Shown here piece after piece: positions 28,337 to 37,926 of a stretch of 64,000 bases of DNA. The translations under genes were made by a program, and so were the position numbers. This stretch comes from Isosphaeraceae bacterium (GTDB lineage Bacteria; Planctomycetota; Planctomycetia; Isosphaerales; Isosphaeraceae). Below the pieces are notes generated by a model. That model was given only the letters and a program-made list of their open reading frames with translations. It did not search any database and was not told where the DNA came from. The stretch covers positions 1 through 64,000 of the forward strand of contig CBDAVP010000013.1 in NCBI GenBank assembly GCA_965201075.1. The letters are read 5' to 3'. Within the stretch, counting starts at the first letter, position 1. Every line of letters begins with the position of its first letter.

Positions 28337-29853
28337 CAATAGTGTCCGGGACTTTGTCTCCATCAAATCTTCACTTGCGCTTTTGGAAAACGGCGGCCAA
28401 ACTCTCCTCATGGCGGCGAGGAAGCGATCCCCCAATGTGGTTCCACCTTCCCAACGACCCCAATACCTCGGGTCCGAGGAAGCGCGGCAGCGTGACTTGC
28501 CCCTCTGGCCCGAACAGGTCGTGGGGGCCAAATCCCTCCGCTGCCTCGAACGGCTCATCGACGGGCTTCGGCAAGAGGCCCCCCACGGCAACCGCCAACT
28601 CTTCCTCGATGATGTCCTGGTTGCCTATCTCCTGGCCTTCTTCAACCCCACCCTCAGGTCCTTGCGCGCCATCGAGGACTTCAGCCAGACCCGCCAAGCT
28701 CAGAAGCACCTCACCCTCGGAAAACTCTGCAAGAGCACCCTCTCCGACTTCAACAAACTGGCCGACCCCAATCGGTTGCAGCCCATCCTCGATCATCTCC
28801 GGCGTGAGGTCCTCAAGCCGGGGCCAAACCAGGCCCCCGGCCCGCTGGCCACGCTGCATCGCCAGGTCCTGGCCGTCGACGGCACCTTCCTCAAGGCCGC
28901 CACCGCCGTGACCTGGGCCATCCGCCGACGCGGCAACCAGGTCGGCGCGCGGCTGGACTTCCACCTCGACGCCAAGACCTGGCTGCCGGAGGTGCTGGTC
29001 ATCCCCGAGCACCACCAGAGCGAGGCGCGGACCGCCCAGGAGACGATCACCCCCGGGGCCATCCATCTCTACGATCGGGGCATCTTCAGCTTCGAGTTGG
29101 TCGCGGCCCATGCCCCCCAATCGGCCGATTTCGTGATGCGGATCCGCGAGCCGAGCCCACGCGGCCTGGGGCTGGAGACCGTCGAGGCCCGCCCACTCAC
29201 CGACGAGGCCCGGGACGCGGCAGTCACGAGCGATCGCCTGGTGCGTCTGGTCGGTTCGGACCATTGCCGGCCGCCGGAGATGGTCCTGCGCGAGGTGGTG
29301 ATCCGCCCCCCTGAGGACCCCGACCGTCCGATCCACCTGCTGACAAGCTTGCGGGACCTCGACGCTTCGGTCATCGGGCTGCTGTACCGTCATCGCTGGC
29401 AGATCGAGTTGTTTTTCCGCTGGTTGAAGTCGTATGCGCGGTTCGACCACCTGATCAGCCACAACCGCGAGGGGGTGCTGCTGCACTTCTACGTGGCGGT
29501 GATCGGCGTGACGTTGATGTATCTGCACATGGGCCATCGCCCTAGCAAGTATCTGTTCACGATGATGGGGATGGTGGCCAACGGCTCGGCGACGCTGGAG
29601 GAAGTCCTGCCGATCCTGCGGGAACGGGAACGTCAGTGCCAGATGCAGCGTGAGCGAGTGGCGCGAAAGCGTGCCGAAACGACCAGGTGAGCGATCCGGG
29701 CCGGTCCACGCCCAGTGGACGCGGTCACGCCGCGGCCTGCGCGGTGAGGGGCCTGATCTTGTCAGGCAACCCACGGAAAGATCCCCGCCCGCCCAGGATG
29801 CGCTCTCCCGAGGCAGTCATTTGGCCCATTCCTCGAAATCCCGGACACTATTG
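28337..29853 (+). mobile_element. IS4-family insertion sequence (1517 bp)
   Basis: Perfect 15-bp terminal inverted repeats CAATAGTGTCCGGGA (28337-28351 and 29839-29853); 9-bp direct repeat GGTACTCCG at 28328-28336 and 29854-29862; one transposase gene. Confidence 0.95.
28410..29690 (+). CDS. IS4-family DDE transposase
   Basis: STLSDFN, VLAVDGTFL, LYDRGIFS, and YRHRWQIELFFRWLK (YREK signature). Confidence 0.94.
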   Translation: MAARKRSPNVVPPSQRPQYLGSEEARQRDLPLWPEQVVGAKSLRCLERLIDGLRQEAPHGNRQLFLDDVLVAYLLAFFNPTLRSLRAIEDFSQTRQAQKHLTLGKLCKSTLSDFNKLADPNRLQPILDHLRREVLKPGPNQAPGPLATLHRQVLAVDGTFLKAATAVTWAIRRRGNQVGARLDFHLDAKTWLPEVLVIPEHHQSEARTAQETITPGAIHLYDRGIFSFELVAAHAPQSADFVMRIREPSPRGLGLETVEARPLTDEARDAAVTSDRLVRLVGSDHCRPPEMVLREVVIRPPEDPDRPIHLLTSLRDLDASVIGLLYRHRWQIELFFRWLKSYARFDHLISHNREGVLLHFYVAVIGVTLMYLHMGHRPSKYLFTMMGMVANGSATLEEVLPILRERERQCQMQRERVARKRAETTR

Positions 29854-30263
29854 GGTACTCCGTCCGGTGCCTGCCCCACTTTTGCCGGGCCCGGCCAGGT
29901 CAAGGGCCGCCCGCGTTCGAAGGAACACCCATTGAGGCAAAAGGGGACCGGCTCCGGCGGTACTCCGTCCGGTGCCTGTCTCACTTTTGCCGGGCCCGGC
30001 CAGGTCAAGGGCCGCCCGCGTTCGAAGGAACACCCATTGAGGCAAAAGGGGACCGGCTCCGGCGGTACTCCGTCCGGTGCCTGTCCCACTTTTGCCGGGC
30101 TGGGCCAGGTCAAGGGCCTCCCGACCGAGGCTAAGGCCACGCGCGCCGGCGCTCGACCGGCGACCCTGGAAACCACCTGCCGCCTGATGACCGTCGCGCC
30201 CCCCGGCGATTACAGTAAGGATCTCGCGAAATCGAAGACCGGCGGGCGGAGGGCATCGCTCCG

Positions 30264-32201
30264 ATGTGCGGGATCTGCGGAGCGGCCTGGACCGACACGG
30301 GCCGGCCCCTGGGCGATGCGGACCTCGGCCGCATGGTCGCCAGCCTCGAGCGTCGAGGCCCCGACGACGCCGGGACCCATCGCGACCCCCACGCCGCCCT
30401 GGGGTTCCGTCGCCTGTCGATCGTCGACCTCGCCGGGGGCCACCAACCCCTGCCCAACGAGGACGGCACGGTCTGGACCGCATTCAACGGCGAGATCTAC
30501 AACTTCCCCGCCCTGCGGAGACGCCTGGAAGCCCGCGGCCACACCCTGCGATCCACCGGCGACACCGAGGTCCTCGTCCACCTCTACGAGGACGAGGGGC
30601 CGGCGATGGTCTCCCTCCTGCGGGGGATGTTCGCCCTGGCCATCTGGGACGCGCCGGGGCGGACCCTCCTGCTGGCACGCGACCGCCTGGGTCAGAAGCC
30701 GCTGGTGTATCGCCCCGAGGCCGGGCGGATCACTTTCGCCAGCGAGCTAAAAGCTCTGCTGACGCTCCCCGAAACCCAGTTCCCCCGCCGCCTCGACCCC
30801 CGAGCCCTCGACCGCTACCTGACCTTCGGCTACGTCCCCCACCCCGCCACAATTTTGGAAGGCGTCTACAAACTTCCCCCAGCGCACCTGGCGGTCTGGA
30901 AGGACGGCCACCTGCGTCTGGAACGGTACTGGACCCCCGACTGGGACGCCGAGGTCGACCGTCCCGAGGTCAACGACGCCGAGGCGTTGCGCTCGACCCT
31001 GACCGACGCCGTCCGCGAGCAGATGGTGGCCGACGTGCCGCTGGGGGCCTTCCTGTCGGGGGGCATCGACTCGACGATCATCGTCGGCCTGATGGCGGGC
31101 GCCTCGGATCGGCCAGTGAAGACCTTCTCGATTGGCTTCGACGACCCGGCCTTCGACGAGAGCCGATTCGCCAAGATCGCGGCCGAGCGGTTCGGCACCG
31201 AACACCATGCGTTCGTCGTCGAGCCCCGGGCGTGGGAAACCTTGCCATCGCTGGCCGAGCAGTTCGACGAGCCGTTCGCCGACAGTTCGGCCCTGCCGAC
31301 CTGGCACGTCGCCCGAGAGACCCGTCGGCACGTCACCGTCGCACTGACCGGGGACGCCGGAGACGAACTGTTCGCCGGCTACGATCGCTATCGGGCCGTG
31401 GCGTTGACAGCCCTGCTGGATCGGCTGCCAGGCCCGGCGCGATCGCTGGTGGGAGGGCCGTTGGCGAAAGCCCTGCCCGCCTCGGCGCGAGCCAAGACCC
31501 GCCTGCGAGCCATCCGCCGGTTACTGGAGGCCGCCGCCGATTCGCCCGAGGCCCGTTACCTCCGCTGGGTCACGCTGTTCGACGAGCCAGCGCGGGCCTC
31601 GCTCTACTCCGACGAGTTCGTCGACCAGATCGCCACGGCCGGCGACCCCGAAGAGGCCGACCCCGCGACCTGGCTGAACCGGGCCCTGGAGGTGGCCTCG
31701 AAGCGCGACCCGGTGACGAAAGCGACGGTGGCCGACCTCTTGACGTACCTCCCCGGAGACCTGCTGGCCAAGGTCGACCAGGCCAGCATGGCCCACGGAC
31801 TGGAGTGCCGAGGCCCGTTCCTCGACCACCGAGTCGTCGAACTGGCGCTGGCGATGCCCCTGAAGCGGAAGCTCCGACTACGCGGGGGGAGGTCCAAAGC
31901 AATCCTGAAAACCGCATTCGCCGACCTGTTGCCACCCCAATTGATGAACCGCCCCAAGATGGGATTCGGAGTTCCCGTCGACCGCTGGTTCCGCGGCCCA
32001 CTCCAGGCCGAGCTACGGGCGGTGCTGCTGGACCCGGTCTCCCGGAACCGCAACCTCTTCCGCCCCGAGGCCATCACCACCTTGCTCGACGAGCACACCA
32101 GCGGCCAACGCGACCACGCCTACCGCCTGTGGGCCCTCTTGATGCTGGAGTTGTGGTTCCGGCGGTATCTGGACCCGCCCGCGCCATCTGGGGCGACCTG
32201 A
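30264..32201 (+). CDS. asnB: Asparagine synthase (glutamine-hydrolysing) family amidotransferase
   Basis: MCGICG, RRGPD, RRLSIVDL..GHQP, FNGEIYN, ARDRLGQKPL, FLSGGIDS, EPFADSSA, LTGDAGDELFAGY. Confidence 0.93.
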   Translation: MCGICGAAWTDTGRPLGDADLGRMVASLERRGPDDAGTHRDPHAALGFRRLSIVDLAGGHQPLPNEDGTVWTAFNGEIYNFPALRRRLEARGHTLRSTGDTEVLVHLYEDEGPAMVSLLRGMFALAIWDAPGRTLLLARDRLGQKPLVYRPEAGRITFASELKALLTLPETQFPRRLDPRALDRYLTFGYVPHPATILEGVYKLPPAHLAVWKDGHLRLERYWTPDWDAEVDRPEVNDAEALRSTLTDAVREQMVADVPLGAFLSGGIDSTIIVGLMAGASDRPVKTFSIGFDDPAFDESRFAKIAAERFGTEHHAFVVEPRAWETLPSLAEQFDEPFADSSALPTWHVARETRRHVTVALTGDAGDELFAGYDRYRAVALTALLDRLPGPARSLVGGPLAKALPASARAKTRLRAIRRLLEAAADSPEARYLRWVTLFDEPARASLYSDEFVDQIATAGDPEEADPATWLNRALEVASKRDPVTKATVADLLTYLPGDLLAKVDQASMAHGLECRGPFLDHRVVELALAMPLKRKLRLRGGRSKAILKTAFADLLPPQLMNRPKMGFGVPVDRWFRGPLQAELRAVLLDPVSRNRNLFRPEAITTLLDEHTSGQRDHAYRLWALLMLELWFRRYLDPPAPSGAT

Positions 32202-32202
32202 C

Positions 32203-33468
32203 CTACTGGCCCGCTGCGGCAAGGTCAAGAAAGACGACGCACGACGGGTTGCCGACGGGCGTCGACTGGCCCGTGAACGCGAGGCGCCCCGTTCGTGAGT
32301 CGACGCGGAAGGTGGTGATGTTGTCGCCTCGCTGGTTGCAGCAGTGGAGGAACTGGCCGCTGGGGTCGAAGTCGAAGCTCCGGGGGTAATCGCCGTGGGT
32401 CCACTCCTCGCCGAGGTAGGTCAGGCCGCCGCCAGGGTTGACGGCGAAGGTGGCGATGCTGTCGTGCAGGCGGTTGCCGGCGTACACGAATCGGCCGTCG
32501 GCGGAGACTCGGACCTCCGAGCCGAAGCTGCTGCCCACGAAGCCCGGCGGGAGAGTCGAGAGCGTCTGCCGGGTTGTCAGCCGGCCGGCGGCGGGGTCGT
32601 AGTCGAAGGTGGCGACGGTGGAGGCTTCTTCCTGGATCGAATAGAGCCGGCGGCCGTCAGGGTGGAAGGCGAAGTGGCGGGGGCCGTCGCCCGGCGGCAA
32701 CGCGACCTCGTGCGGGTCGTGGCGGGCCAGGCGGCCGTTTCGGTCGTCGAAGGTCCAAACGAAGAGGCGGTCAAGGCCGAGATCGACGTGCAGCACGAAC
32801 CGGCCGGCGGGGTCGGCCTGGATCATGTGGGCGTGGGTCCGGTCGTGCCCGCTGACGGCGAAGCTGCCCGTTGGCGAGTGGGCCGCCCGGGTCGGTCCGA
32901 CCGTTCCGGCATCGACGCGGACGTCCGAGGGCTCGCCCAGGCGGCCATCGGGCAAGATCGGCAGCACCGCGACCGACCCGCCGAAGTAATTGGCGACCAA
33001 CAGGAACCGACCCGTGGGGTGGATGCTGACGAAGGTTGGCCCGGCGCCGCCGGACCTAACGGTATTCATCGCGGTCAACTGTCCGTTGGCCCGATCAATG
33101 CGCAAGGCGGTGACAGTCCCCTGCCGGTCGTCGCCGACCCGGTCGGTCTCGTTGGCCGAGTAGAGTCGAGTCCCCTCGGCGTTGAGGGCCAGGTGGCTCG
33201 GGCTGGTCCCCGACTCGAAGATTCCGGCGGGGGTCCATTCGCCGGTCGTGCGATCGACCCGGAAGAGGTGGATGCCCCGCCCATTGCCCGGCGGCCGGTC
33301 GACCTGCGTCGGCAGGACGTCGCGCAGCGGGGAGCTGAAGGTGCCGACGTAGGCGATGAGCGGCCCGCGGGAATCGTCGGCCCGCGATGGGGCGGCGAGG
33401 ATCGAAGTCCCCGCGAGGGCGGCCGATTGCTTCAGGAACGAACGCCGAGAGTGTCGGGCCAGGCTCAT
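32203..33468 (-). CDS. Tat-exported 6-phosphogluconolactonase-family beta-propeller
   Basis: SRRSFLK Tat motif; LYSANE, LLVANYFGGSV, THAHMI, GDGPRH, YAGNRLHDSI, YPRSF. Confidence 0.9.
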   Translation of the reverse strand: MSLARHSRRSFLKQSAALAGTSILAAPSRADDSRGPLIAYVGTFSSPLRDVLPTQVDRPPGNGRGIHLFRVDRTTGEWTPAGIFESGTSPSHLALNAEGTRLYSANETDRVGDDRQGTVTALRIDRANGQLTAMNTVRSGGAGPTFVSIHPTGRFLLVANYFGGSVAVLPILPDGRLGEPSDVRVDAGTVGPTRAAHSPTGSFAVSGHDRTHAHMIQADPAGRFVLHVDLGLDRLFVWTFDDRNGRLARHDPHEVALPPGDGPRHFAFHPDGRRLYSIQEEASTVATFDYDPAAGRLTTRQTLSTLPPGFVGSSFGSEVRVSADGRFVYAGNRLHDSIATFAVNPGGGLTYLGEEWTHGDYPRSFDFDPSGQFLHCCNQRGDNITTFRVDSRTGRLAFTGQSTPVGNPSCVVFLDLAAAGQ

Positions 33469-33689
33469 AGGTCCGGGCCGGGCGTTGATCGCCGGGGGTC
33501 GACCATCCCGGTCGTATCCTCAGCGGGGTCGGCGTCCTCAGCCGGGGTTGCTGACTCGGTCGCCTCGGGATCCGCCTCGGCCGTCGACTCCGCCGGGATC
33601 GGCGAGGGGACTTCGGGTGCCGGGTGGATCGTCCGAGGGTCTTCCAAACCGGGCCCCGGGTTCTGGGGCGGGTGGGGTTGAGTTGTCAT
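33465..33689 (-). CDS. Small acidic, proline-rich hypothetical protein
   Basis: GGAGG upstream of the ATG; its stop overlaps the lactonase start (ATGA). Confidence 0.5.
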   Translation of the reverse strand: MTTQPHPPQNPGPGLEDPRTIHPAPEVPSPIPAESTAEADPEATESATPAEDADPAEDTTGMVDPRRSTPGPDL

Positions 33690-33818
33690 GCCGTTCCCTC
33701 CGTGTTCCAGGGGTTTGGCTTAAGCGAAGCGTTCATTCGCCCAAGCTGGGCGGGACGAACCTTCCTGGCAAATCTAAGCCCGGGGTGGGGAGTCTGGCAA
33801 TGCGATGCTCCTTTGGGT

Positions 33819-34373
33819 TTAGAGCCACTCCAGCGCCACCAGGGCCGCCAGGTGCTTGCAGAGGCCATCGGGGGAGAGGCCGTCGACCTGATAGGCCCAC
33901 TCGGCGCAATCGCACTGGGTCGAGCCATCGGCCAGTCGGCAGGCGTAATACGGGCCGTCGTCGGAGGCGGGCAGGCGAGTCAGCCGCCACTGGGAAGGCG
34001 CCAGCGGCGTGCCGTCGATGCGCTGGGCCCGGTAGGTGTGGCCGCCGATTGTCAGGAACAGGGCCTGGGGAGAGTCGGGTTCGCCGACGGCCAAGGTCGC
34101 GGCGGGGGGCTCGGCCAGGGCCTCGGCCAGCACGGCTCCTCCGAGTTGCGCCCGCAGGCGGTCCCAAGAGCGGCGGGCCTCGGCCAGGGCCGAACGGAAG
34201 TGCCAGGTCGTGGTGTGGAACGCTCCCAGGGTGGCTTCCGAGGCGTCAAGGTCAGCCGTGGCGATGTCCAGGATCATCCGAGCCCGCTGGGCTAGCTCGA
34301 CGGCCCGCCACTTGGGGTCGTCGCGGTCGACGGGCGGTCGGCGGAACGGGGTTGTGTGCTTCGGCGGAGGCAT
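33819..34373 (-). CDS. SWIM zinc-finger-like protein
   Basis: C-terminal CDCAEW..GLCKHLAAL (CxC..CxH) preceded by a helical N-domain and LFLTIGGHTYRA..WRLTRL..PYYACR; ATG at 34373. Confidence 0.72.
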   Translation of the reverse strand: MPPPKHTTPFRRPPVDRDDPKWRAVELAQRARMILDIATADLDASEATLGAFHTTTWHFRSALAEARRSWDRLRAQLGGAVLAEALAEPPAATLAVGEPDSPQALFLTIGGHTYRAQRIDGTPLAPSQWRLTRLPASDDGPYYACRLADGSTQCDCAEWAYQVDGLSPDGLCKHLAALVALEWL

Positions 34374-34402
34374 GGCGAGGCGCACCCTGGGCGGGAACGG
34401 GC

Positions 34403-34651
34403 TCAGCGAGGCCGGTTGGCGACGCCTGGGGCCGGGTGGAGGTGGAGGTAACGCGGCGGCGCGCCATCGGGGTCGGGCGGGCCGTCGGCGGCGACCTCGT
34501 AGCGGCGGCCGTGGAGCCGGACGCTGGAGCCTTGGGCGGGAGCGGCCAGGGTCCGGCCGGGGCCCAGCAAGCAGACTTCGCGAATCGACGGGGTGGGGCG
34601 CCGGCGTGCGTCGGTCGGCCGGGTCCGCGAGGTTTCGGCGGTGGTTGGCAT
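34403..34651 (-). CDS. Small hypothetical protein (82 aa)
   Basis: GAGG upstream of the ATG; lies between a strong promoter candidate and the SWIM gene. Confidence 0.45.
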   Translation of the reverse strand: MPTTAETSRTRPTDARRRPTPSIREVCLLGPGRTLAAPAQGSSVRLHGRRYEVAADGPPDPDGAPPRYLHLHPAPGVANRPR

Positions 34652-34693
34652 CGGTTGACCCTCGGGCCCGGGGCGGTCCGGGCTGGTTGAGGG

Positions 34694-34724
34694 TCAGTGT
34701 ACTGATCGTCAGTGATGGTATCAA
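34694..34724 (-). promoter_or_regulatory. Putative sigma70 promoter with an overlapping palindromic operator
   Basis: Minus strand TTGATA (34724-34719)-N17-TACACT (34701-34696). Plus strand TCAGT-GT-ACTGA-TCG-TCAGT (34694-34713). Confidence 0.6.
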
Positions 34725-34737
34725 GCGTCCAGTCGGA

Positions 34738-36654
34738 TTAATCCTCGCTCTCGGCAGGACCGGACCTTCGGGTAAAGGTGTCGAGGTCGGGGCGATCGGC
34801 CGAGGCGGTGGAGGTGGCGAAGCCTTCGAGGAACCCGGCATGGTGGGGGTGGATCACTTCCAGGTTCAGGCGGGTCTGGGCGGCGTAGGAGAGCCGGCGG
34901 TCGCCGACCAGAACCACCAGCCGTTGGCCCTCGGGCAGTTGGAGGAGGTCGTCACTGGAGGCCAGGTCGAGCTGGGCCAGGCGGGGCAGCGTCGAGCGTA
35001 GGAGAAACCGTAGGCGGCCGGCGGGGGCGGGTCCGTCGGGGGCGAGGGGGTCTCGGGGAGACTCGACCACGGCGGCCAGGGTGAAGGGGCGGACCTTGTT
35101 CCGTCGGAGGATCATGCTGCGAAGGTCGATCAGCTCGGCGGTCTCTCGGTGGCGGAAGTTGACCTCGCGAAGACCCGAGCCGACGACGCCCAGGACGACG
35201 GTCGCGAGGAACCCGCCCAGGACCAGGCGGCGGCGGTCGTCGCGGCGGCCGGTCCAGCGGTCGAGGTTACGGCCGACCAGGGCGGCGACCAGCAGGAGGT
35301 CTAGCCCGAGGTGAAGGCCCAGGGCGGTCGTGGGGGCGGGTCGGCAGCCTCGTGCCAGGTCGGTGACGGCCTCTCGCAGGTGAGAACTCGCCCACCAGGC
35401 GACGGCCGCGACGGTGGCCGGGGCGAGCCAGGCCAGCGAGCGGACCGGGATGCGACGGGCGGCCAGCTCCACCATCGTCCGGGCGGCCAGGAGGTTCAGC
35501 GGGACCATCAGGAACAGGGCCAGGGCCGGGCGGGGGCCGCCGGTCCAGACCGCCGGCAGGACCGCGGCGACGGCCAGCCAGAAGACGAAGAAGGCGCCGT
35601 TGTCGGCCTCGCGGTCGAACGGCTCGGCGGCCAGGGCGCGGCGGACGGCTCTCCAGGCACCGAAGAGGCCCAGGGGAACGGTGGCCGGGGCGAGGTCAAG
35701 CAGGCCCCCCAGCAGTCCCGGCCAGCAAGCGACGCCCGGCTCGGGCGCGCCCCAAAGAGCATGCGCGGCTTCGGGACCGTGTCGCAGGATCATCGAGATG
35801 TGCCAGGGGGCGGCCAGGGCCAGGCCCAAAGCCATCGCCGCCACGCCCGCCCAGAGACCGGGCCGGCAACGCCAGCGGTCGCGGCGACGGCAGCCTGGCG
35901 GAGCGGGCTCGGCCCCTAAATACCCCTGATGCAGCAGGATAATTACCGGGCAGGCCAGCGCCAGGCCACGCACCGAGAGCAGCGACACGCCCAATCCCAA
36001 ACCGCCGATGGTCGCCCAGCGCACGCCTCGACGCCCGGCTTCGGCGGTCCCATCAAGCCGCCTCAGGTGACGCCCATAGGCCAGCAGCGCCATCAGGGCG
36101 CCGGCCAGTCCCAGGGTCGTTGGCGAGGGTTGCTGCATCTGCGCCAGGAGGTCGCGGTTGAAACCGACCAGGATTGCGGCGACGAGGCCCGCCGCCGAGC
36201 CGATCCACGAGCGTCCCAGCAGAAACACCAGGATCACCGCGGCGACCCCCGCGACGTAACCGGGCAAGACCGTGGCCACCGGAGAGCGATCGGGGCTGAG
36301 GGCCAGCGCCGCGGCCTCCAGCCAGGCATAAAGCGGCGGCTGCAAGGCGACGGCGCGGAACGCCGCGGCCTCGGGCGCCGGTCCCATGCCCGAAGCGGCC
36401 GGAACCTGGTCCCAGGCCCGCCCTTCCAGCACCGCCAGCCCGCGAAGGCCCCACCAGGGTCCCGGGGGGTTGAGGTCCCAGTTCTTCAGGCCGTAGAGCC
36501 CCGGCAGCACGGCCACCAGGACCACCAGCGGGAAGAATACGGCCGACCGCGGCGCTGGGCGAACCAGCGGCCGAGCGGGCATCGACCCCACCTCGGCCCG
36601 TCGACGGGGTCCAAGCCGGACCCGCCCCGCCCCTCTCGCCAAGCTGGGCTCCAT
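34738..36654 (-). CDS. ArnT/GT39-like polyprenyl-phosphate-sugar-dependent membrane glycosyltransferase
   Basis: Many TM helices; WWGLRGL, QPPLYAWL, LAAPWH, FWLAV. Start uncertain (36654 or 36582). Confidence 0.72.
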   Translation of the reverse strand: MEPSLARGAGRVRLGPRRRAEVGSMPARPLVRPAPRSAVFFPLVVLVAVLPGLYGLKNWDLNPPGPWWGLRGLAVLEGRAWDQVPAASGMGPAPEAAAFRAVALQPPLYAWLEAAALALSPDRSPVATVLPGYVAGVAAVILVFLLGRSWIGSAAGLVAAILVGFNRDLLAQMQQPSPTTLGLAGALMALLAYGRHLRRLDGTAEAGRRGVRWATIGGLGLGVSLLSVRGLALACPVIILLHQGYLGAEPAPPGCRRRDRWRCRPGLWAGVAAMALGLALAAPWHISMILRHGPEAAHALWGAPEPGVACWPGLLGGLLDLAPATVPLGLFGAWRAVRRALAAEPFDREADNGAFFVFWLAVAAVLPAVWTGGPRPALALFLMVPLNLLAARTMVELAARRIPVRSLAWLAPATVAAVAWWASSHLREAVTDLARGCRPAPTTALGLHLGLDLLLVAALVGRNLDRWTGRRDDRRRLVLGGFLATVVLGVVGSGLREVNFRHRETAELIDLRSMILRRNKVRPFTLAAVVESPRDPLAPDGPAPAGRLRFLLRSTLPRLAQLDLASSDDLLQLPEGQRLVVLVGDRRLSYAAQTRLNLEVIHPHHAGFLEGFATSTASADRPDLDTFTRRSGPAESED

Positions 36655-36876
36655 GAGTGCCGGCCCTCCCTGGCCCACGCCTCGACCGACACCCGGCCTC
36701 CATCCTGGAGGCGCGCAGGGTCCTCGGCGCGGCGATCCCTATACCACGACCCGCCCGAACCGGGAATGGCGAGTTGCCCGACCGAGCCCCCGCACCGTCG
36801 ACCCGATCCTTCGCTCATGCTACGGTCCGAGGAAAGAACTCTCCGACGATCATCGACCCTCGGGAACCTGACTGGG

Positions 36877-37920
36877 ATGGCTCGATCCTCCACGCCGCGG
36901 CGTTCGGCCCGCTTTGTCGGCCAGATTCTCTGGCTCGCTGTCGCCCTGGCCGGCTGCGCTCGACGGCCGGATGTCGTGGTGTATACATCGCTCGACCGCG
37001 AGTTCTCCGGGCCGGTCTTGGAGGCTTATGAACGATCGAGCGGGAGGAAGGTCGTCCCGAAATTCGACGTGGAAAGTACCAAGACCGTCGGCTTGACGCA
37101 GGAGATTGTCGCCGAGGCCCAGGGAGGGCGCACCCGTTGCGACCTCTTCTGGAACAACGAGATTCTCCAGACCCTCCGCCTGAAGCGCAAGGGACTGCTG
37201 GTGCCCTTTCACCCGGCCCATGCCGAGGATTTCCCCGAGACCTTCCGCGCCGCCGATGCCACCTGGTATGGGTTCGCGGCTCGTGCTCGGATTTTGATCG
37301 TCAACACCCGGCTCGTCCCCGAGGCTGATCGCCCCTCGGGCCTCGCCGATCTCGCCGACCCGAAGTGGAAGGGGAAAATCGGCCTGGCCAAGCCCCTGGC
37401 CGGCACCACCGCGACTCATGCCGCTTGCCTGTTCGTCGCCTGGGGGGATGAACGGGCGAAGGCGTTCTTCTCGTCATTGAAGGAGAACGGCGCTTTGGTC
37501 CTGTCGGGCAACAAGCAGGTGGCCCAGGCCGTGGGGGCGGGGCAGTTGGCTTTCGGGATGACCGACACCGACGACGCGATGGAGGAACTGTCCGCCGGTC
37601 ATCCGGTGGCGATCGTTTACCCGGACCGCCAGCCGGGGCAGTTGGGGACGCTGTTCATCCCCAACACCCTGGCCGTCATCAAGGGGTCGCCCCACGTCGC
37701 CGCGGCCGAGGCATTGGCCGGCCACCTGTTGAGCCCGGAGGTGGAATCGGCCCTGGCCGATGGCCCGAGTGCCCAGATCCCCCTGAACCGCCGGACCTCG
37801 ACTCCGGCGCGGGTCGAAACGCCCCAAACCGTCACCCCGATGGCCGCCGACTTCGAGGCCGCCGCCGCTCGCTGGGACGACGTCGCCGCCTACCTGGCCC
37901 GCGAATTCGCCGGGCCTTGA
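36877..37920 (+). CDS. Fe3+-type ABC transporter substrate-binding lipoprotein
   Basis: Lipobox LAGC; VVVYTSLDREF, CDLFWNNE, GFAARAR, TDTDDA, GTLFIPNT. Confidence 0.88.
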   Translation: MARSSTPRRSARFVGQILWLAVALAGCARRPDVVVYTSLDREFSGPVLEAYERSSGRKVVPKFDVESTKTVGLTQEIVAEAQGGRTRCDLFWNNEILQTLRLKRKGLLVPFHPAHAEDFPETFRAADATWYGFAARARILIVNTRLVPEADRPSGLADLADPKWKGKIGLAKPLAGTTATHAACLFVAWGDERAKAFFSSLKENGALVLSGNKQVAQAVGAGQLAFGMTDTDDAMEELSAGHPVAIVYPDRQPGQLGTLFIPNTLAVIKGSPHVAAAEALAGHLLSPEVESALADGPSAQIPLNRRTSTPARVETPQTVTPMAADFEAAAARWDDVAAYLAREFAGP

Positions 37921-37926
37921 GCTGGA

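Larger units (their letters stand above)
28301..30118. repeat. Tandem array of about three 105-bp units, each with a REP-like imperfect palindrome; unit 1 is split by the IS
   Basis: Units start TTGAGGCAAAAGGGGAC at 28301, 29932 and 30037 (period 105). Unit 1 is 28301-28336 plus 29863-29931 (36+69=105). Hairpin arms are GGCAAAAG.GGGAC..GTCCCA.CTTTTGCC. Confidence 0.9.

Noticed and set aside
29854..30118. CRISPR array
   Set aside because: The sequence between hairpins is identical from unit to unit (no unique spacers), the period is 105 bp, and no cas genes are present.
29650..30750. 366-aa ORF with repeated GTPSGAC..FAGPGQVKG peptides
   Set aside because: It is a translation of the non-coding 105-bp repeat (105 is divisible by 3) and overlaps the IS end and asnB.
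30264..32201. asnB as a lasso-peptide cyclase or RiPP cluster
   Set aside because: It has an intact Ntn glutaminase N-terminus (MCGICG), and no B1/B2 peptidase, RRE or precursor gene is nearby.
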